Below are positions 28,249-37,666 of a stretch of DNA of 64,000 bases, piece by piece. Source of the stretch: an uncultured Actinomycetes bacterium (GTDB lineage Bacteria; Actinomycetota; Thermoleophilia; Gaiellales; Gaiellaceae); the NCBI GenBank assembly GCA_963766725.1, contig CAVYBK010000001.1, positions 87,822-151,821 on the forward strand, in the 5' to 3' direction. The notes beneath the pieces were generated by a model. It did no database searches. It saw only the letters and a list, made by a program, of their open reading frames with translations, and was not told where the DNA came from. The first letter of the stretch is position 1. The number at the start of each line of letters is the position of its first letter. The translations under genes were made by a program, and so were the position numbers.

Positions 28249-29705
28249 AAAAGGCTCTCCAGCGCGGCTCGGTACTCGGTCCCGCCGAAGTCGTTCAGGG
28301 CATGCGGCGCCAAGTGGCGCTCGTCGATCTCCTCACGCGCGCGCACGTACGAGACCGGGTAGATCTCGCCCTCCGCGTTCATCTCGATCGTGATCGCGAT
28401 CGATCCGTGCTCGCAGTGGTCGAGGAAGTGTGCGAGGGGGACGATGCCCGTGCTCCCGTCCGGATAGACGGCCCGCGCGAGATATCCCTTCTGCGTCCAG
28501 ATCTCGGGCCCACCGCGGAGCTCGGAGAGCAGGAACGGGACGATGTCGTCGCGGCCGAGCTGTTGCCACTCCTGCTTGTGCCCGAGGCGCTTGGCGATCT
28601 CCTGGGCGAGCAGGCGGGCGTTGTAGCGAAATCCGCTCACGGTGCCCGAGGCGCTGCCGATGCCGTTCTTCCGCAGGCCGGCGGCGCCCTGCGTCGTGTT
28701 CCCGGCGAAGTAGACGCCTGCGAGCGTCGTGCTCTCCCAGTACGGCGTCAGTGCGGGGATCCGGCCGTCAGCGACGGTGCCGAGGCCGAGCTCCCGCAGG
28801 TCCTGGAGCGGCGTGCGGAAGCCGGTCGCCGCGATGGCCGCGTCCGCCTCGATGGTGATCGGCCCGGGACGAGTCGTGCCGGTCGCGTGGAGCCTGTAGC
28901 CGCCGCTCTCCGTCCGCTCGATCCGCTCGACGGCGGCGTCGAGCGCGAACGTGCCGCCGCCCCAGGCCGCGTCCTCGAGCGGCTCGAAGTAGCGCACGCG
29001 GACGGTTGCGTTGGCGAGGACGGCGGTCTGCACCGGCCGCGGCGAGACGAGGAAGATCTGGCGCGCCCACGGCTCCAGGCCGTCGGCGATCTCGAAGCCG
29101 GAGTTGCGCTTGCCGATGACGAGGACGCTCTTGCCCTCGAACTCGCGCGCGGCGGGGGTCTCCGCGTAGTGCGGGACCTCCTCGATTCCGGGGATGGGCG
29201 ACTTCCACGGGTCGGTGACGCCGAGGGCGAAGACGACTGCCCGGCAGCGGTACTCGCCGTCCGATGTGACGAGCACGTAGCCGCCTTCCTCCTTGCGCGT
29301 GGACTCCCACCGGCAGCCGTACCGAGCCTGGACGCCGCCCCGCTCCGCGAACGCAGCGAGCCCGCGCTCCATCTCCGAGCACGACGGAGTCATGTAGGTG
29401 CGGTCCATCTCGGCCGCGACGGTCGCCCGCAGCTCGGGCTCGTCGGCGATCAGGCTGTTGTGGTCGTACCACTCGTACTCGCGGGCGGTGCGCTCGTACG
29501 GCGCGTCCGGCTTGGTCCAGGAGAGCAGACGCTGGTAGATCGGCCACTTGCGGAACATGCCGCCGGGCGAGTCGTCCTGCGAGATGACGGCGTGCTCGAC
29601 GCCGAGCCGCGAGAGTGCGTAGGCCGTCTGCAGGCCACCCGGCCCGCTGCCGACGACGACGACCGGATACTCGCCGGGCGGGTGGGCTCCCTCTAGGACC
29701 GCCAA
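28245..29705 (-). CDS. NAD(P)/FAD-binding flavin-monooxygenase-like oxidoreductase
   Basis: VVVVGSGPGG dinucleotide fold, a second VLVIGKRNSG fold, and YFAGN. TTG start at 29705 overlaps the upstream gene by 13 nt. Confidence 0.7.
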   Translation of the reverse strand: MAVLEGAHPPGEYPVVVVGSGPGGLQTAYALSRLGVEHAVISQDDSPGGMFRKWPIYQRLLSWTKPDAPYERTAREYEWYDHNSLIADEPELRATVAAEMDRTYMTPSCSEMERGLAAFAERGGVQARYGCRWESTRKEEGGYVLVTSDGEYRCRAVVFALGVTDPWKSPIPGIEEVPHYAETPAAREFEGKSVLVIGKRNSGFEIADGLEPWARQIFLVSPRPVQTAVLANATVRVRYFEPLEDAAWGGGTFALDAAVERIERTESGGYRLHATGTTRPGPITIEADAAIAATGFRTPLQDLRELGLGTVADGRIPALTPYWESTTLAGVYFAGNTTQGAAGLRKNGIGSASGTVSGFRYNARLLAQEIAKRLGHKQEWQQLGRDDIVPFLLSELRGGPEIWTQKGYLARAVYPDGSTGIVPLAHFLDHCEHGSIAITIEMNAEGEIYPVSYVRAREEIDERHLAPHALNDFGGTEYRAALESLL

Positions 29706-30115
29706 GCGAGGACTTCCTGCAACCGTCGCGCCTCCGTGACGAGCATCCGCAGCATGACCTTCGGATAGCTGAGCAGGAAGGCTTCGAGCCGCGGGCCCGG
29801 GATCTCGAGCACTCGCACCGGTGTCTCCGCGGTGACATCCGCGGTCAGCGGCTCGTCGAGCAGCGTCGAGATCTCGCCGAAGAAGTCGCCCTGCCGGAGG
29901 CGGTTCAGCTCCTCGCCGCCGAGCGTGACCGAGGCTTCGCCGTCGAGGATGACGTAGAAGCCCGACCCGCTCATGCCGCGCCTGAGGATGCGCTCGCCGG
30001 CCCCGAAGCTCCGCTCGCTGTCCGGGTCGGCGATCGCTTCGAGCTGGGCGCGGTCCAGGTCGGCGAAGAGGTTGAAGCGCCGGAGGGTCTCGACCAGGTC
30101 TTCGCCGTTGGTCAT
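29693..30115 (-). CDS. stand-alone cyclic-nucleotide-binding domain protein
   Basis: LF..L......I..............GE.I.R.G....GFYVIL.G...V......L..GDFFGE.S pattern. Confidence 0.85.
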   Translation of the reverse strand: MTNGEDLVETLRRFNLFADLDRAQLEAIADPDSERSFGAGERILRRGMSGSGFYVILDGEASVTLGGEELNRLRQGDFFGEISTLLDEPLTADVTAETPVRVLEIPGPRLEAFLLSYPKVMLRMLVTEARRLQEVLAWRS

Positions 30116-30127
30116 TCTGGGGCGACT

Positions 30128-31450
30128 TTACAAGTCGAGCTCGCGTGCGGCGAAATAGACGACCTCCGAGAAGGTCGGGAAGGGTTGGATCGTGTCCCGC
30201 AGCGTGGCGACGGGGACCTCTGCGCGGATCGCGAGCGTGATCTGCCCCATCCATTCGCCGGCCTCGGGCCCGACCGCCACGGCGCCGACGACCACCTTCC
30301 GCTCCGGGTCGGCGAAGAGCTTGAGGAAGCCTGGCCGCTTCGGATCCTGGAACGTCGACGTGCGCGAAATCTTGTCGACCCCCCACTTGCCGACGACCGC
30401 GCCCTCGCCGCTCGTGTCACCGACGCTCGCGACCTGCGGGTCGGTGAAGACCGCGGCGGGAATGGCGTTGTAGTTGGCGACGAGGTCGCGCCCGGCGATG
30501 TTCGCCGCCGCGACACGACCCTGGTACTTCCCGACGTGCGTGAACTGGGCGATGCCGGTCACGTCTCCGGCCGCCCAGACGTGCTCGGCCGCGCGCAGCC
30601 GCTCGTCCACCTTGATTCCCGCCTTGCCGATCTCGACGTCGAGGTTCTCGAGCCCGAAGCCGTCGACGTTGGGCTTTCGGCCCGTGGCGATCATCAGGTG
30701 CGTCGACTCCAGCGGCTCGTGGTCCTCGATCTCGAGCCGGTAGCCGCCCGGCCCGCCTTCCACCTTCTTCGCCCGCGCGTTCAGGCAGAGCTCGATGCCT
30801 TCGTCCTGGAAGAGCTTGCCGAGGAGGTCACCCGCCTCCCGGTCGCTTCGCGGCAGGATGTACTCGCCGCTCTGGACGATGGTGACGCGCGCTCCGAGAC
30901 GGGCGTAGAACTGCGCGAGCTCGCAGCCCACGGCACCGCCGCCAACGACGACGAGACTCTCGGGAACCTCGCTGGCGCTCGTGCCTTCGCGGCTCAGCCA
31001 GGGCTCCACGGAGTCGAGGCCCTCGATCGGCGGCAGCGTCGGCCGGGATCCCGTGGAGACCATCAGCTCGTCGTACGCGAGCTCGCTCCCGTCCACGTCG
31101 ATCTTGCCCGCCTCCCTGACGACACCCTTGCCGCGCACGAGCTCGGCGTCGAGGTCCTCGACCCACTTCACCTGGCTCGAGTCGTCCGGCCCCGCGTTCT
31201 TGTCGCGCCACCAGAAGATCTGCTCGGGGTCGAGCGTCGCCTCGACTCCATGGGCGCTCTTCGCGCGGAACGCGATCTCGACGGGGCGCAGCAGCGTCTT
31301 CGAGGGGATGCACGCCCAGTAGGAGCACTCGCCGCCGACGAGCTCGTCCTCGACGAGCGTGATGCGCACCTCCTTGTCGAGACGGCGCAGCGCGGCGATG
31401 AACGCCTCGCCGCTGACTCCTGCACCGAGGACGACGACGTGCTTCGGCAT
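30128..31450 (-). CDS. class I pyridine-nucleotide disulfide oxidoreductase, Lpd-like, catalytic His replaced
   Basis: VLGAGVSGE FAD fold, redox CxxxxC GGECSYWACIPSK, VVVGGGAVGCE NAD fold, AAGDV. The C-terminal FPTFSE replaces HPT(L/F)SE. The ATG overlaps the nuoN TGA. Confidence 0.8.
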   Translation of the reverse strand: MPKHVVVLGAGVSGEAFIAALRRLDKEVRITLVEDELVGGECSYWACIPSKTLLRPVEIAFRAKSAHGVEATLDPEQIFWWRDKNAGPDDSSQVKWVEDLDAELVRGKGVVREAGKIDVDGSELAYDELMVSTGSRPTLPPIEGLDSVEPWLSREGTSASEVPESLVVVGGGAVGCELAQFYARLGARVTIVQSGEYILPRSDREAGDLLGKLFQDEGIELCLNARAKKVEGGPGGYRLEIEDHEPLESTHLMIATGRKPNVDGFGLENLDVEIGKAGIKVDERLRAAEHVWAAGDVTGIAQFTHVGKYQGRVAAANIAGRDLVANYNAIPAAVFTDPQVASVGDTSGEGAVVGKWGVDKISRTSTFQDPKRPGFLKLFADPERKVVVGAVAVGPEAGEWMGQITLAIRAEVPVATLRDTIQPFPTFSEVVYFAARELDL

Positions 31451-32925
31451 CAGTGCGGGAAGGACAGGACGGAGACGGCGTCGGTCGCGATGTCCAGGAG
31501 CGGCTGGGCGGCTACGAAGCTTCCGATCGTGACGACGACGGCCAGGAGGACGGAGGTTCCGAGCGCCAGCTCGCGCGGGGGCGAGCCGCCGGCCGACGCG
31601 ACCCCGACTGCGGCGGGCTGGAAGTACATCGCCCGGACGACGCCGAGGTAGTAGTAGATGGAGACGACCGTTGCGATCGCGCCGACGACTGCGAGCCAGG
31701 CCCACCCACGGTCGACCGCCGCCGAGAAGGCGTAGAACTTCCCGATGAAGAGGCCTGCGGGTGGCAGTCCGATGAAGCCGAACATGAAGAGCGTCATCGC
31801 CGCTCCCATACCCGGGCGCTCCCAACCCATCCCGGCCATGCCGTCGAGGGTGACCGGGCGGGCCAGCTCGCGCTCCCTTGCCGCGACGATCGCGAAGGCG
31901 CCGATGCTCATCGCCGCGTAGGAGATCAGGTAGTACATGAGCGCGCGACCGCCCAGAGGGCTGGCGACGGCGATCGGCATGAGCAGGAAGCCCGCGTGCG
32001 AGATGCTGGAGTACGCGAGCATCCGCTTGACGTCGGTCTGGACCAGAGCGCCGAGGTTCCCCCAGGCGAGCGAGATGCAGACGATCACCGCGAGCGAGAT
32101 CGTCCAGAGGTTCTCCTCCGAGGGGAACGCGGTCACGAGCAGGCGCATGGTCAGGACGAGGGCGGCGATCTTCGTCGCCGCGGACATGAACGCGGTCACG
32201 GGCGTGGGCGCGCCCTGGTAGACGTCGGGCGTCCACATGTGGAACGGCGCCGCCGAGGCCTTGAACCCGAGTCCGACGATGATCATGGCGAGCCCGGTGA
32301 CGAGAAAGAGCTGGTCGGCGTCGCCCGAGGCGGCGGCGATGTCCGCGAAGCCGATCGCGCCGGTGGCCCCGTAGACGAACGCGCTTCCGAAGAGGAGGAT
32401 CGCCGAGCCGAAGCTCCCGACGATGAGGTACTTGAGGCCGGCCTCGAGTGACGCAGGCTCCTCGATCGCGATCGCGCAGAGGATGTAGAGCGAGATCGAG
32501 AACCACTCGAGCCCGAGGAACATCGTCATCAGGTTGTTGGCGGCGACGAAGAAGCACATCCCGGCCGCCGCGGCCAGAAGGAGGGTGTAGTACTCGCCCA
32601 TCCGCTCGCGAAGGACGTACGCGTAGGAGACGCCGACCGCGAGAAGGCCCGAGCCGGCGATGAGCACCTGCGCGAGCTCGGCGAGGCGGTCGCGGTTGAT
32701 GGCATCCGCGACGATGGCCGTGGCGGTCTCGTCCATCTGAAAGAGCGCGATGGCGGCTGCGCCCGCGCCGACGAAGGACAGGATCGAGACGAACGCGCAG
32801 AAATGCCTGCGCCAGCCGTGCGGCAGGAAGAGCGGGACGAGGAGGCAGACCGCCGCGCCGCCGAGAAGGATCAGCTCCGGCGAGAGCGCGGCCCAGTCGA
32901 TGGACGGCGTCGGGAACTTCGTCAC
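31450..32925 (-). CDS. nuoN: NADH-quinone oxidoreductase subunit N
   Basis: Polytopic antiporter-like subunit, last in the nuo gene order. Confidence 0.9.
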   Translation of the reverse strand: MTKFPTPSIDWAALSPELILLGGAAVCLLVPLFLPHGWRRHFCAFVSILSFVGAGAAAIALFQMDETATAIVADAINRDRLAELAQVLIAGSGLLAVGVSYAYVLRERMGEYYTLLLAAAAGMCFFVAANNLMTMFLGLEWFSISLYILCAIAIEEPASLEAGLKYLIVGSFGSAILLFGSAFVYGATGAIGFADIAAASGDADQLFLVTGLAMIIVGLGFKASAAPFHMWTPDVYQGAPTPVTAFMSAATKIAALVLTMRLLVTAFPSEENLWTISLAVIVCISLAWGNLGALVQTDVKRMLAYSSISHAGFLLMPIAVASPLGGRALMYYLISYAAMSIGAFAIVAARERELARPVTLDGMAGMGWERPGMGAAMTLFMFGFIGLPPAGLFIGKFYAFSAAVDRGWAWLAVVGAIATVVSIYYYLGVVRAMYFQPAAVGVASAGGSPPRELALGTSVLLAVVVTIGSFVAAQPLLDIATDAVSVLSFPH

Positions 32926-34373
32926 GGCGCCGCCTCGAACCGGGAGCCGAGAGAGTCAGCCGGCCTCCCGCCGAAGGAGTGGTCGGTGATCGCCGCCGGC
33001 CAGAACGAGAGCGCAAGCAGGACGGTGACCAGCGGGACGATCACGCTGATCTCGGCCGGGCGAAGGTCGAGCGCCGCGTCGGTGACCGCGGGGCCCGGAT
33101 CCCGGTGGAGGACCGCGGAGATCAGACGGAGCATGTACATGGCCGCGAGCACGATCGCGACTGCGCCCGCGACGGCCCAGCCCCAGCCGCGCGTGAAGAT
33201 CCCGTTCAGGATCAGGAACTCGCCCGCGAACACGCTCGACCCGGGCACTGCGAGGGCGATCACTCCCGCCGTGATGAGCGTCGTCGCGAGGATGGGGCGG
33301 CCACGAGCCATCCCGCCGAGCCGGCTGAGATCGCCGGTGGCCGCTCGCCGCTCGACCGCCCCCGCGAGCAGGAAGAGGACCGCGGAGACGAGCCCGTGCG
33401 TGACCATCTGCAGGAGCGCGCCCGAGAGGCCGGAGTCGTTGACCGCAAAGAGGCCGATGACGATCAGGTTCACCTGTGCGAGGCTCGAGTAGGCGATCAC
33501 GCCCCGAATGTCGGGCGCGCGGAAGGCAAGGAGCGACCCGTAGACGAGCCCGATCGTCGCGAGCACGAGGATGACCGTCCGCCAGTCCGCCACCACGCTG
33601 GGGAAGAAGACGAGCCCGATGCGCAGGAAGCCGTACGTCGCCGCCTTCGAGATGACGCCGGAGAGGATCGCCGAGACCTCCGCCGGCGACTCGCGGTAGG
33701 TGTCCGGCAGCCAGCCGTGGAAGGGCCAGATCGGCGCCTTGACGGCGAACGCGGCGGCGAAGCCGAGGAAGATCCACGTGCTCGAGCTCTCGCCGATCTC
33801 CCTCATGTCGAAGGTGCCGGCCGAGAGCCCGAGCGCGATCACCGACACGAGCATGAGCAGTGAGCCCGCGAGGGTGTAGATGACGAACTTGATCGTCGCG
33901 CCGACGCGGCCGGGCCCGCCCCAGACTCCGATGAGGATGTAGAGCGGGATCATCATCGCTTCCCAGAAGACGTAGAAGAGGAGGAGGTCCTGGGCCGCAA
34001 AGACCCCGACCGTCGCCCCTTCGAGGAAGAGCAAGAGGCCGAGGTAGACGCCCAGGCGCTCTCGTCCCGACCAGAAGCCGTAGGCGACAGCCGCCGTCGT
34101 GACGACGACCGTCAGGCCGACGAGCCAGAGCGAGAAGTCGAAGAGGCCGACCGTGTACGAGACGCCGAGGTCGGAGAACCAGGAGTGCGAAGCCTCGTCC
34201 TGCAGGCCCGGGTTCCCGTAGTCGAAGTTGAGCGCCCGGTTCACCCAGACGATCAGCTCGGCGAGCGCGACGAGGAGAGCTGCGCCTCCTGCCGCCCGCG
34301 GCGTCGGCCAGGGGACGATCCAGACGAAGAGCGCGCCTGCGATCGGAAGGAAGATGAGGATGGAAGTGAGCAC
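32922..34373 (-). CDS. nuoM: NADH-quinone oxidoreductase subunit M
   Basis: Antiporter-like subunit, WLPD.Y..SP motif, gene order. Confidence 0.9.
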   Translation of the reverse strand: MLTSILIFLPIAGALFVWIVPWPTPRAAGGAALLVALAELIVWVNRALNFDYGNPGLQDEASHSWFSDLGVSYTVGLFDFSLWLVGLTVVVTTAAVAYGFWSGRERLGVYLGLLLFLEGATVGVFAAQDLLLFYVFWEAMMIPLYILIGVWGGPGRVGATIKFVIYTLAGSLLMLVSVIALGLSAGTFDMREIGESSSTWIFLGFAAAFAVKAPIWPFHGWLPDTYRESPAEVSAILSGVISKAATYGFLRIGLVFFPSVVADWRTVILVLATIGLVYGSLLAFRAPDIRGVIAYSSLAQVNLIVIGLFAVNDSGLSGALLQMVTHGLVSAVLFLLAGAVERRAATGDLSRLGGMARGRPILATTLITAGVIALAVPGSSVFAGEFLILNGIFTRGWGWAVAGAVAIVLAAMYMLRLISAVLHRDPGPAVTDAALDLRPAEISVIVPLVTVLLALSFWPAAITDHSFGGRPADSLGSRFEAAP

Positions 34374-34375
34374 GG

Positions 34376-36274
34376 CTACGTCACGAGGATGAAGACGATG
34401 GCGAGGACGGCGAGGCCGGCGGCGAGCGCGAAGGCGTACTCGCGGACGTAGCCGGTCTGCAGGGAGGAGAGGCGCCGTGAAGCCGCGCGAACGCCCGAAC
34501 CGAGCTCACCGAGCGAGGCGAGGAAAAGCGGCTGCTCGACGTACTGCGTGAGGAAGATCGCCTTGCGGGAGGCGGGCTCGTAGAACGCGAGGTCGTAGGC
34601 CTCGTCGAAGTAGAACTTGTGCTCGAGTGTCCGGGCTGCCCAGGGCAGGCGTTTGCGCGTTCGCTCGGGCACGTCGCTCGGCCGCCCGTACCAGCGCCAG
34701 GCGAGGCAGATGCCCGCGACCGCGAGGGCAAGGGACGCGAGCACCGAGAAGAGGAGCGTCGTGCCCGTGGCCTCGGCCGCCGACTCGGCGACGGGGTCGA
34801 TCCACTCGTTGACGAGATCCCAGCCCCACGGCACCTGGAGCCAGCCGCCGAAGAACGAGAGGACGGCGAGGATCGCCATAGGCCACGCCATCGCCAGCCC
34901 GCCCTCGAAGCGCTTCAGGTGCAGGTGCTCGCGGGCGAAGGGAGTCATCTCGCCCCAGAAGACGATGAAGAGGAGGCGGAAGGTGTAGAGCGCGGTGAGG
35001 AACGCGCCGATCGCGCCTGCCGTCCAGAGGATCCAGCCCAGCGTGCCGGCGTTCGCGGCGGCGCCGAGGATCGAGTCCTTGGAGAAGAAGCCGGAGAAGG
35101 GCGGGATCGCCGCGAGCGAGAGCGCGCCGACGACGAAGACGCGGTAGGTGAACGGCATCGCGCGCCCGAGGCCGCCCATGCGCCGGATGTCCTGCTCGTC
35201 GGAGAGCGCGTGGATGACGATGCCGGCCGCCATGAAGAGGAGCGCCTTGAAGAAGGCGTGCGTCATCAGGTGGAAGAGGCCGGAGCCGTACGCGCCGAGC
35301 CCGACGGCGACGAACATGTAGCCGATCTGGCTCATCGTCGAGTACGCGATGACGCGCTTGATGTCCGTCTGTACGAGGGCGATGAGCCCGGCGAGGAGGA
35401 TTGTGACCCCGCCGAGGATCCCCGCGAGGTCCTGGATGTCGGGCGCGAGCTCGAAGAGGACGTTCGTGCGCGCGATCAGATAGACACCGGCGGTCACCAT
35501 CGTCGCCGCGTGGATGAGGGCGGAGACGGGTGTCGGGCCCTCCATCGCATCGGGGAGCCAGGTGTGGAGCGGCACCTGCGCGGACTTGGCGACCGCACCG
35601 CCGAGCAGCCCGAGCGCGATCAGGACGGCCGCGGTGCTCCCGTGCTCCACGACGTCCGACCTGAAGACCGCGTCGAACTCCACCGAGCCCGTGCGCTGGA
35701 TGAGCAGGAAGATCGCGAGCACGAAGGTGGCGTCGCCGAACGCGTTCATGATGAACGCCTTCTTGCCCGCCGCCACGGCGGTCGCGCGCTGGTGCCAGAA
35801 GTTGATCAGGAGGTAGGAGCTGAGGCCGACCATGCCCCAGCCCGCCAGCAGGAGCACGAGGTTTCCGGCCTCGACGAGGAGGAGCATCGAGAAGACGAAA
35901 AGCGCCTTGTAGGCGTGGTAGCGCCGCTCCTCGGCGTCACCGTTCATGTAGCCGACGGCGTAGGCGAGGATGAGGAAGCCGACGCCGCTGACGACCAGCA
36001 TCATGAAGACCGAGAGCGGGTCGACCTGGATCTCCGCGCCGATCTTGAGGTCGCCGGCCGAGAGCCAGGTCCAGAGCGTCGAGGAGTGCGTCCGCTCCTC
36101 CGGATTCTCGCCGAGCAGGACGGCGAAGACGACCACGGAGCAGGCGAAGGAGACGAGCGCCGACCCGGCCGCGAGGAAGCCGGCGACCGAGCGCGTGATG
36201 CCCGTCCCCGCGAGGGCGATCGCGACGACCGCGGCCGCCGGGGCGAAGAGCGCGATCCAGGCGGCGGCGATCAT
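34376..36274 (-). CDS. nuoL: NADH-quinone oxidoreductase subunit L
   Basis: 632 aa, KSAQ.PLH.WLPDAMEGPTPVSALIHAATMV, C-terminal extension. Confidence 0.95.
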   Translation of the reverse strand: MIAAAWIALFAPAAAVVAIALAGTGITRSVAGFLAAGSALVSFACSVVVFAVLLGENPEERTHSSTLWTWLSAGDLKIGAEIQVDPLSVFMMLVVSGVGFLILAYAVGYMNGDAEERRYHAYKALFVFSMLLLVEAGNLVLLLAGWGMVGLSSYLLINFWHQRATAVAAGKKAFIMNAFGDATFVLAIFLLIQRTGSVEFDAVFRSDVVEHGSTAAVLIALGLLGGAVAKSAQVPLHTWLPDAMEGPTPVSALIHAATMVTAGVYLIARTNVLFELAPDIQDLAGILGGVTILLAGLIALVQTDIKRVIAYSTMSQIGYMFVAVGLGAYGSGLFHLMTHAFFKALLFMAAGIVIHALSDEQDIRRMGGLGRAMPFTYRVFVVGALSLAAIPPFSGFFSKDSILGAAANAGTLGWILWTAGAIGAFLTALYTFRLLFIVFWGEMTPFAREHLHLKRFEGGLAMAWPMAILAVLSFFGGWLQVPWGWDLVNEWIDPVAESAAEATGTTLLFSVLASLALAVAGICLAWRWYGRPSDVPERTRKRLPWAARTLEHKFYFDEAYDLAFYEPASRKAIFLTQYVEQPLFLASLGELGSGVRAASRRLSSLQTGYVREYAFALAAGLAVLAIVFILVT

Positions 36275-36579
36275 CCGCGCAACGTGGTGAGCTTGTCGAC
36301 GTCGAGCTCGACGTGCCGCCGCGAGACCGCGACGATGAGGCCGAGCCCGACGACCGCCTCCGCCGCGGCGACGACCATCACGGTCAGCGCGAAGATCTGG
36401 CCGGTGCCGGTCCCGGTCTGGCGCGCGAAGGCGATCAGGGCGAGATTCCCCGCGTTCAGCATGATCTCGAGCGCGAGGAGGACGATCAGCGGGCTGCGGC
36501 GGATGAGCACGCCGAAGGCGCCGGTGGCGAAGAGGATCACCGAGAGGATCAGGTAGGCAGCGACGCCGGGCCCGGGCAC
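36271..36579 (-). CDS. nuoK: NADH-quinone oxidoreductase subunit K
   Basis: 102 aa, 3 TM helices, LALEIMLNA..L motif. Confidence 0.95.
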   Translation of the reverse strand: MPGPGVAAYLILSVILFATGAFGVLIRRSPLIVLLALEIMLNAGNLALIAFARQTGTGTGQIFALTVMVVAAAEAVVGLGLIVAVSRRHVELDVDKLTTLRG

Positions 36580-37110
36580 TTAGGAGCGGCTTTCTCTGGG
36601 GACGGCGCTGCCGAGGATGACTCCGCCGACGGCTGCGACGAGGAGCACGATGGAGGTCACCTCGAACGCGAGCAGGTGGTCGCCGAGGAAGAGCCGGCCG
36701 ATCTCCGCCGGCGTGCCGAAGCTGTCTTCGATCTGGGCGGGAGACGAGAGCTGGTCGCCCGCCTTCAGGGCGATGACGACCACGATCTCCACCGCGATCG
36801 CCGCCGCGGCCACGATCGCGGCGAGGGACTGTGGGCTTGGCTTGCCCGCCCAGGGCGCATCCGCCCTTCCGCCGAGGTAGGCGATGACGAAGAGGAACAT
36901 CACGACGACGGCGCCGGCGTAGACGAGCACTTGCGCGGCGGCGACGAACTCGGCGGCGAGGAGCAGGTAGAGCACCGCGAGCGAGGCGAGGTTCCCGATC
37001 AGCGCGAGGGCGCTGTAGAAGGGATTCTGGAAGAGGACGACCGCGATTCCCGAGCTGAGCAGCGCGAGCGCCGCCAGCACCCAGACGACCCAGACGATGA
37101 ATTCTTCCAT
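36580..37110 (-). CDS. nuoJ: NADH-quinone oxidoreductase subunit J
   Basis: NP.YSAL.L......A..Y..L.AEF.AA.Q..VY.GA. ATG at 37110. Confidence 0.9.
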   Translation of the reverse strand: MEEFIVWVVWVLAALALLSSGIAVVLFQNPFYSALALIGNLASLAVLYLLLAAEFVAAAQVLVYAGAVVVMFLFVIAYLGGRADAPWAGKPSPQSLAAIVAAAAIAVEIVVVIALKAGDQLSSPAQIEDSFGTPAEIGRLFLGDHLLAFEVTSIVLLVAAVGGVILGSAVPRESRS

Positions 37111-37169
37111 CAGTGTCCCTTCCAGTGATGCTGCCCCGAGAAGCAGGCGTGTATTGCTGGATGGGGCAC
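37110..37169 (-). repeat. palindromic intergenic element, copy 1 (57 nt plus stop), filling the nuoI-nuoJ junction
   Basis: Shares CCAGTGATGCTGCCCCG and AGGCGTGTATTGCTGGATGGGGCA (plus-strand spelling) with 43922-44011. 13-nt terminal inverted repeats, 11/13. Confidence 0.85.
37110..37169 (-). CDS. candidate 19-codon micro-[22 protein letters not shown] (translation unproven)
   Basis: The GTG shares its G with the nuoI TAG, and the TGA shares its A with the nuoJ ATG. A paralogous ORF lies at 43922-44011. Confidence 0.35.
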   Translation of the reverse strand: MPHPAIHACFSGQHHWKGH

Positions 37170-37666
37170 TAAGAGTCCGACCTCCAGACAGGGATCGGCG
37201 TGTCGTAGAGCTCGCGGTCGGCAACGGGCACGCGCTTGACCGGCGGGGCGAGCAGCATGTCCTTCGTGTAGATGAGGTCGTCGCGCGAGTACTCGGAGAG
37301 CTCGTACTCGGCCTCGAGCGTGATCGCGTCGAACGGGCACGCGAGCTCGCAGTAGCCGCAGAAGATGCAGCGCGAGAGGTTGATCTCGTAGATGCGCGCG
37401 TAGCGCTCGCCCGGCGAGACGCGGTTGTCCGCGGTGTTCTCGTCGGCGACGACCCGGATGCAATCGGCCGGGCAGGCCGCCGCGCAGAGCGAGCAGCCCA
37501 CGCACTTCTCGAGCCCGTTCTCGTGGCGCCAGAGGCGGTGCCGTCCGCGGAAGCGCGGGTACACCGGGCGCTTGTACTCCGGGTACTGCTGCGTGATCGG
37601 CTTCTTGAAGATCTGCCGGAACGTGACTGCGAATCCCTTGAGGCTGTCGAAGGGCTGCGGGCTCAT
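37169..37666 (-). CDS. nuoI: NADH-quinone oxidoreductase subunit I
   Basis: Two 4Fe-4S motifs, [12 protein letters not shown] and [12 protein letters not shown]. Confidence 0.95.
   Translation of the reverse strand: MSPQPFDSLKGFAVTFRQIFKKPITQQYPEYKRPVYPRFRGRHRLWRHENGLEKCVGCSLCAAACPADCIRVVADENTADNRVSPGERYARIYEINLSRCIFCGYCELACPFDAITLEAEYELSEYSRDDLIYTKDMLLAPPVKRVPVADRELYDTPIPVWRSDS

Noticed and set aside
30243-30253. An 11-nt match (tgccccatcca) to the terminal repeat of the nuo junction element, inside the Lpd-like gene.
   Set aside because: Only the 11 nt match and no other part of the element is present. The segment encodes GEWMGQ in a well-conserved coding frame. It is treated as coincidence.
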